DNA from: Octopus bimaculoides
Taxonomy: Eukaryota
Reading direction: 5' to 3'
DNA length: 64,000 nt
NCBI RefSeq assembly: GCF_001194135.2
Contig: NC_068981.1
Span: forward strand, 149,994,586 to 150,058,585
Every line of letters starts with the position of its first letter. The first letter of the stretch is position 1. Of the stretch, positions 63,961 to 64,000 are shown one piece after another. The translations under genes and the position numbers were made by a program. The notes beneath the pieces were generated by a model. That model was not told the DNA's origin, searched no databases, and was given only the letters and a program-made list of their open reading frames with translations.

Positions 63961-64000
<40 letters not shown>

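Overview
AT-rich, microsatellite-dense eukaryotic DNA from a draft assembly with 8 N-gaps. The SINE families and repeat landscape look like an Octopus-type cephalopod genome; this is inference from recognition, not a database result. I see no intact host gene, rRNA, CRISPR array or complete transposase/RT ORF. The window is mostly decayed mobile DNA: three Tc1/mariner relics, three hAT elements (two with TIRs and 8-bp TSDs), two Helitron-like 3' ends, two LINE relics, two different Penelope-like (PLE) RT relics, several PLE-type terminal repeats and more than 20 tRNA-derived SINE copies, many in head-to-tail arrays. Most ORF-track entries are translated microsatellites or antisense shadows. 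The most interesting signals are (i) short elements with minimal hammerhead-ribozyme-like cores, three of four with the same core A6->U change, (ii) a near-perfect 212-bp palindrome with nested hairpins, (iii) a hairpin-packed 150-bp insert between identical 265-bp direct repeats, and (iv) a few low-confidence promoter/exon candidates that may belong to a large-intron host gene.
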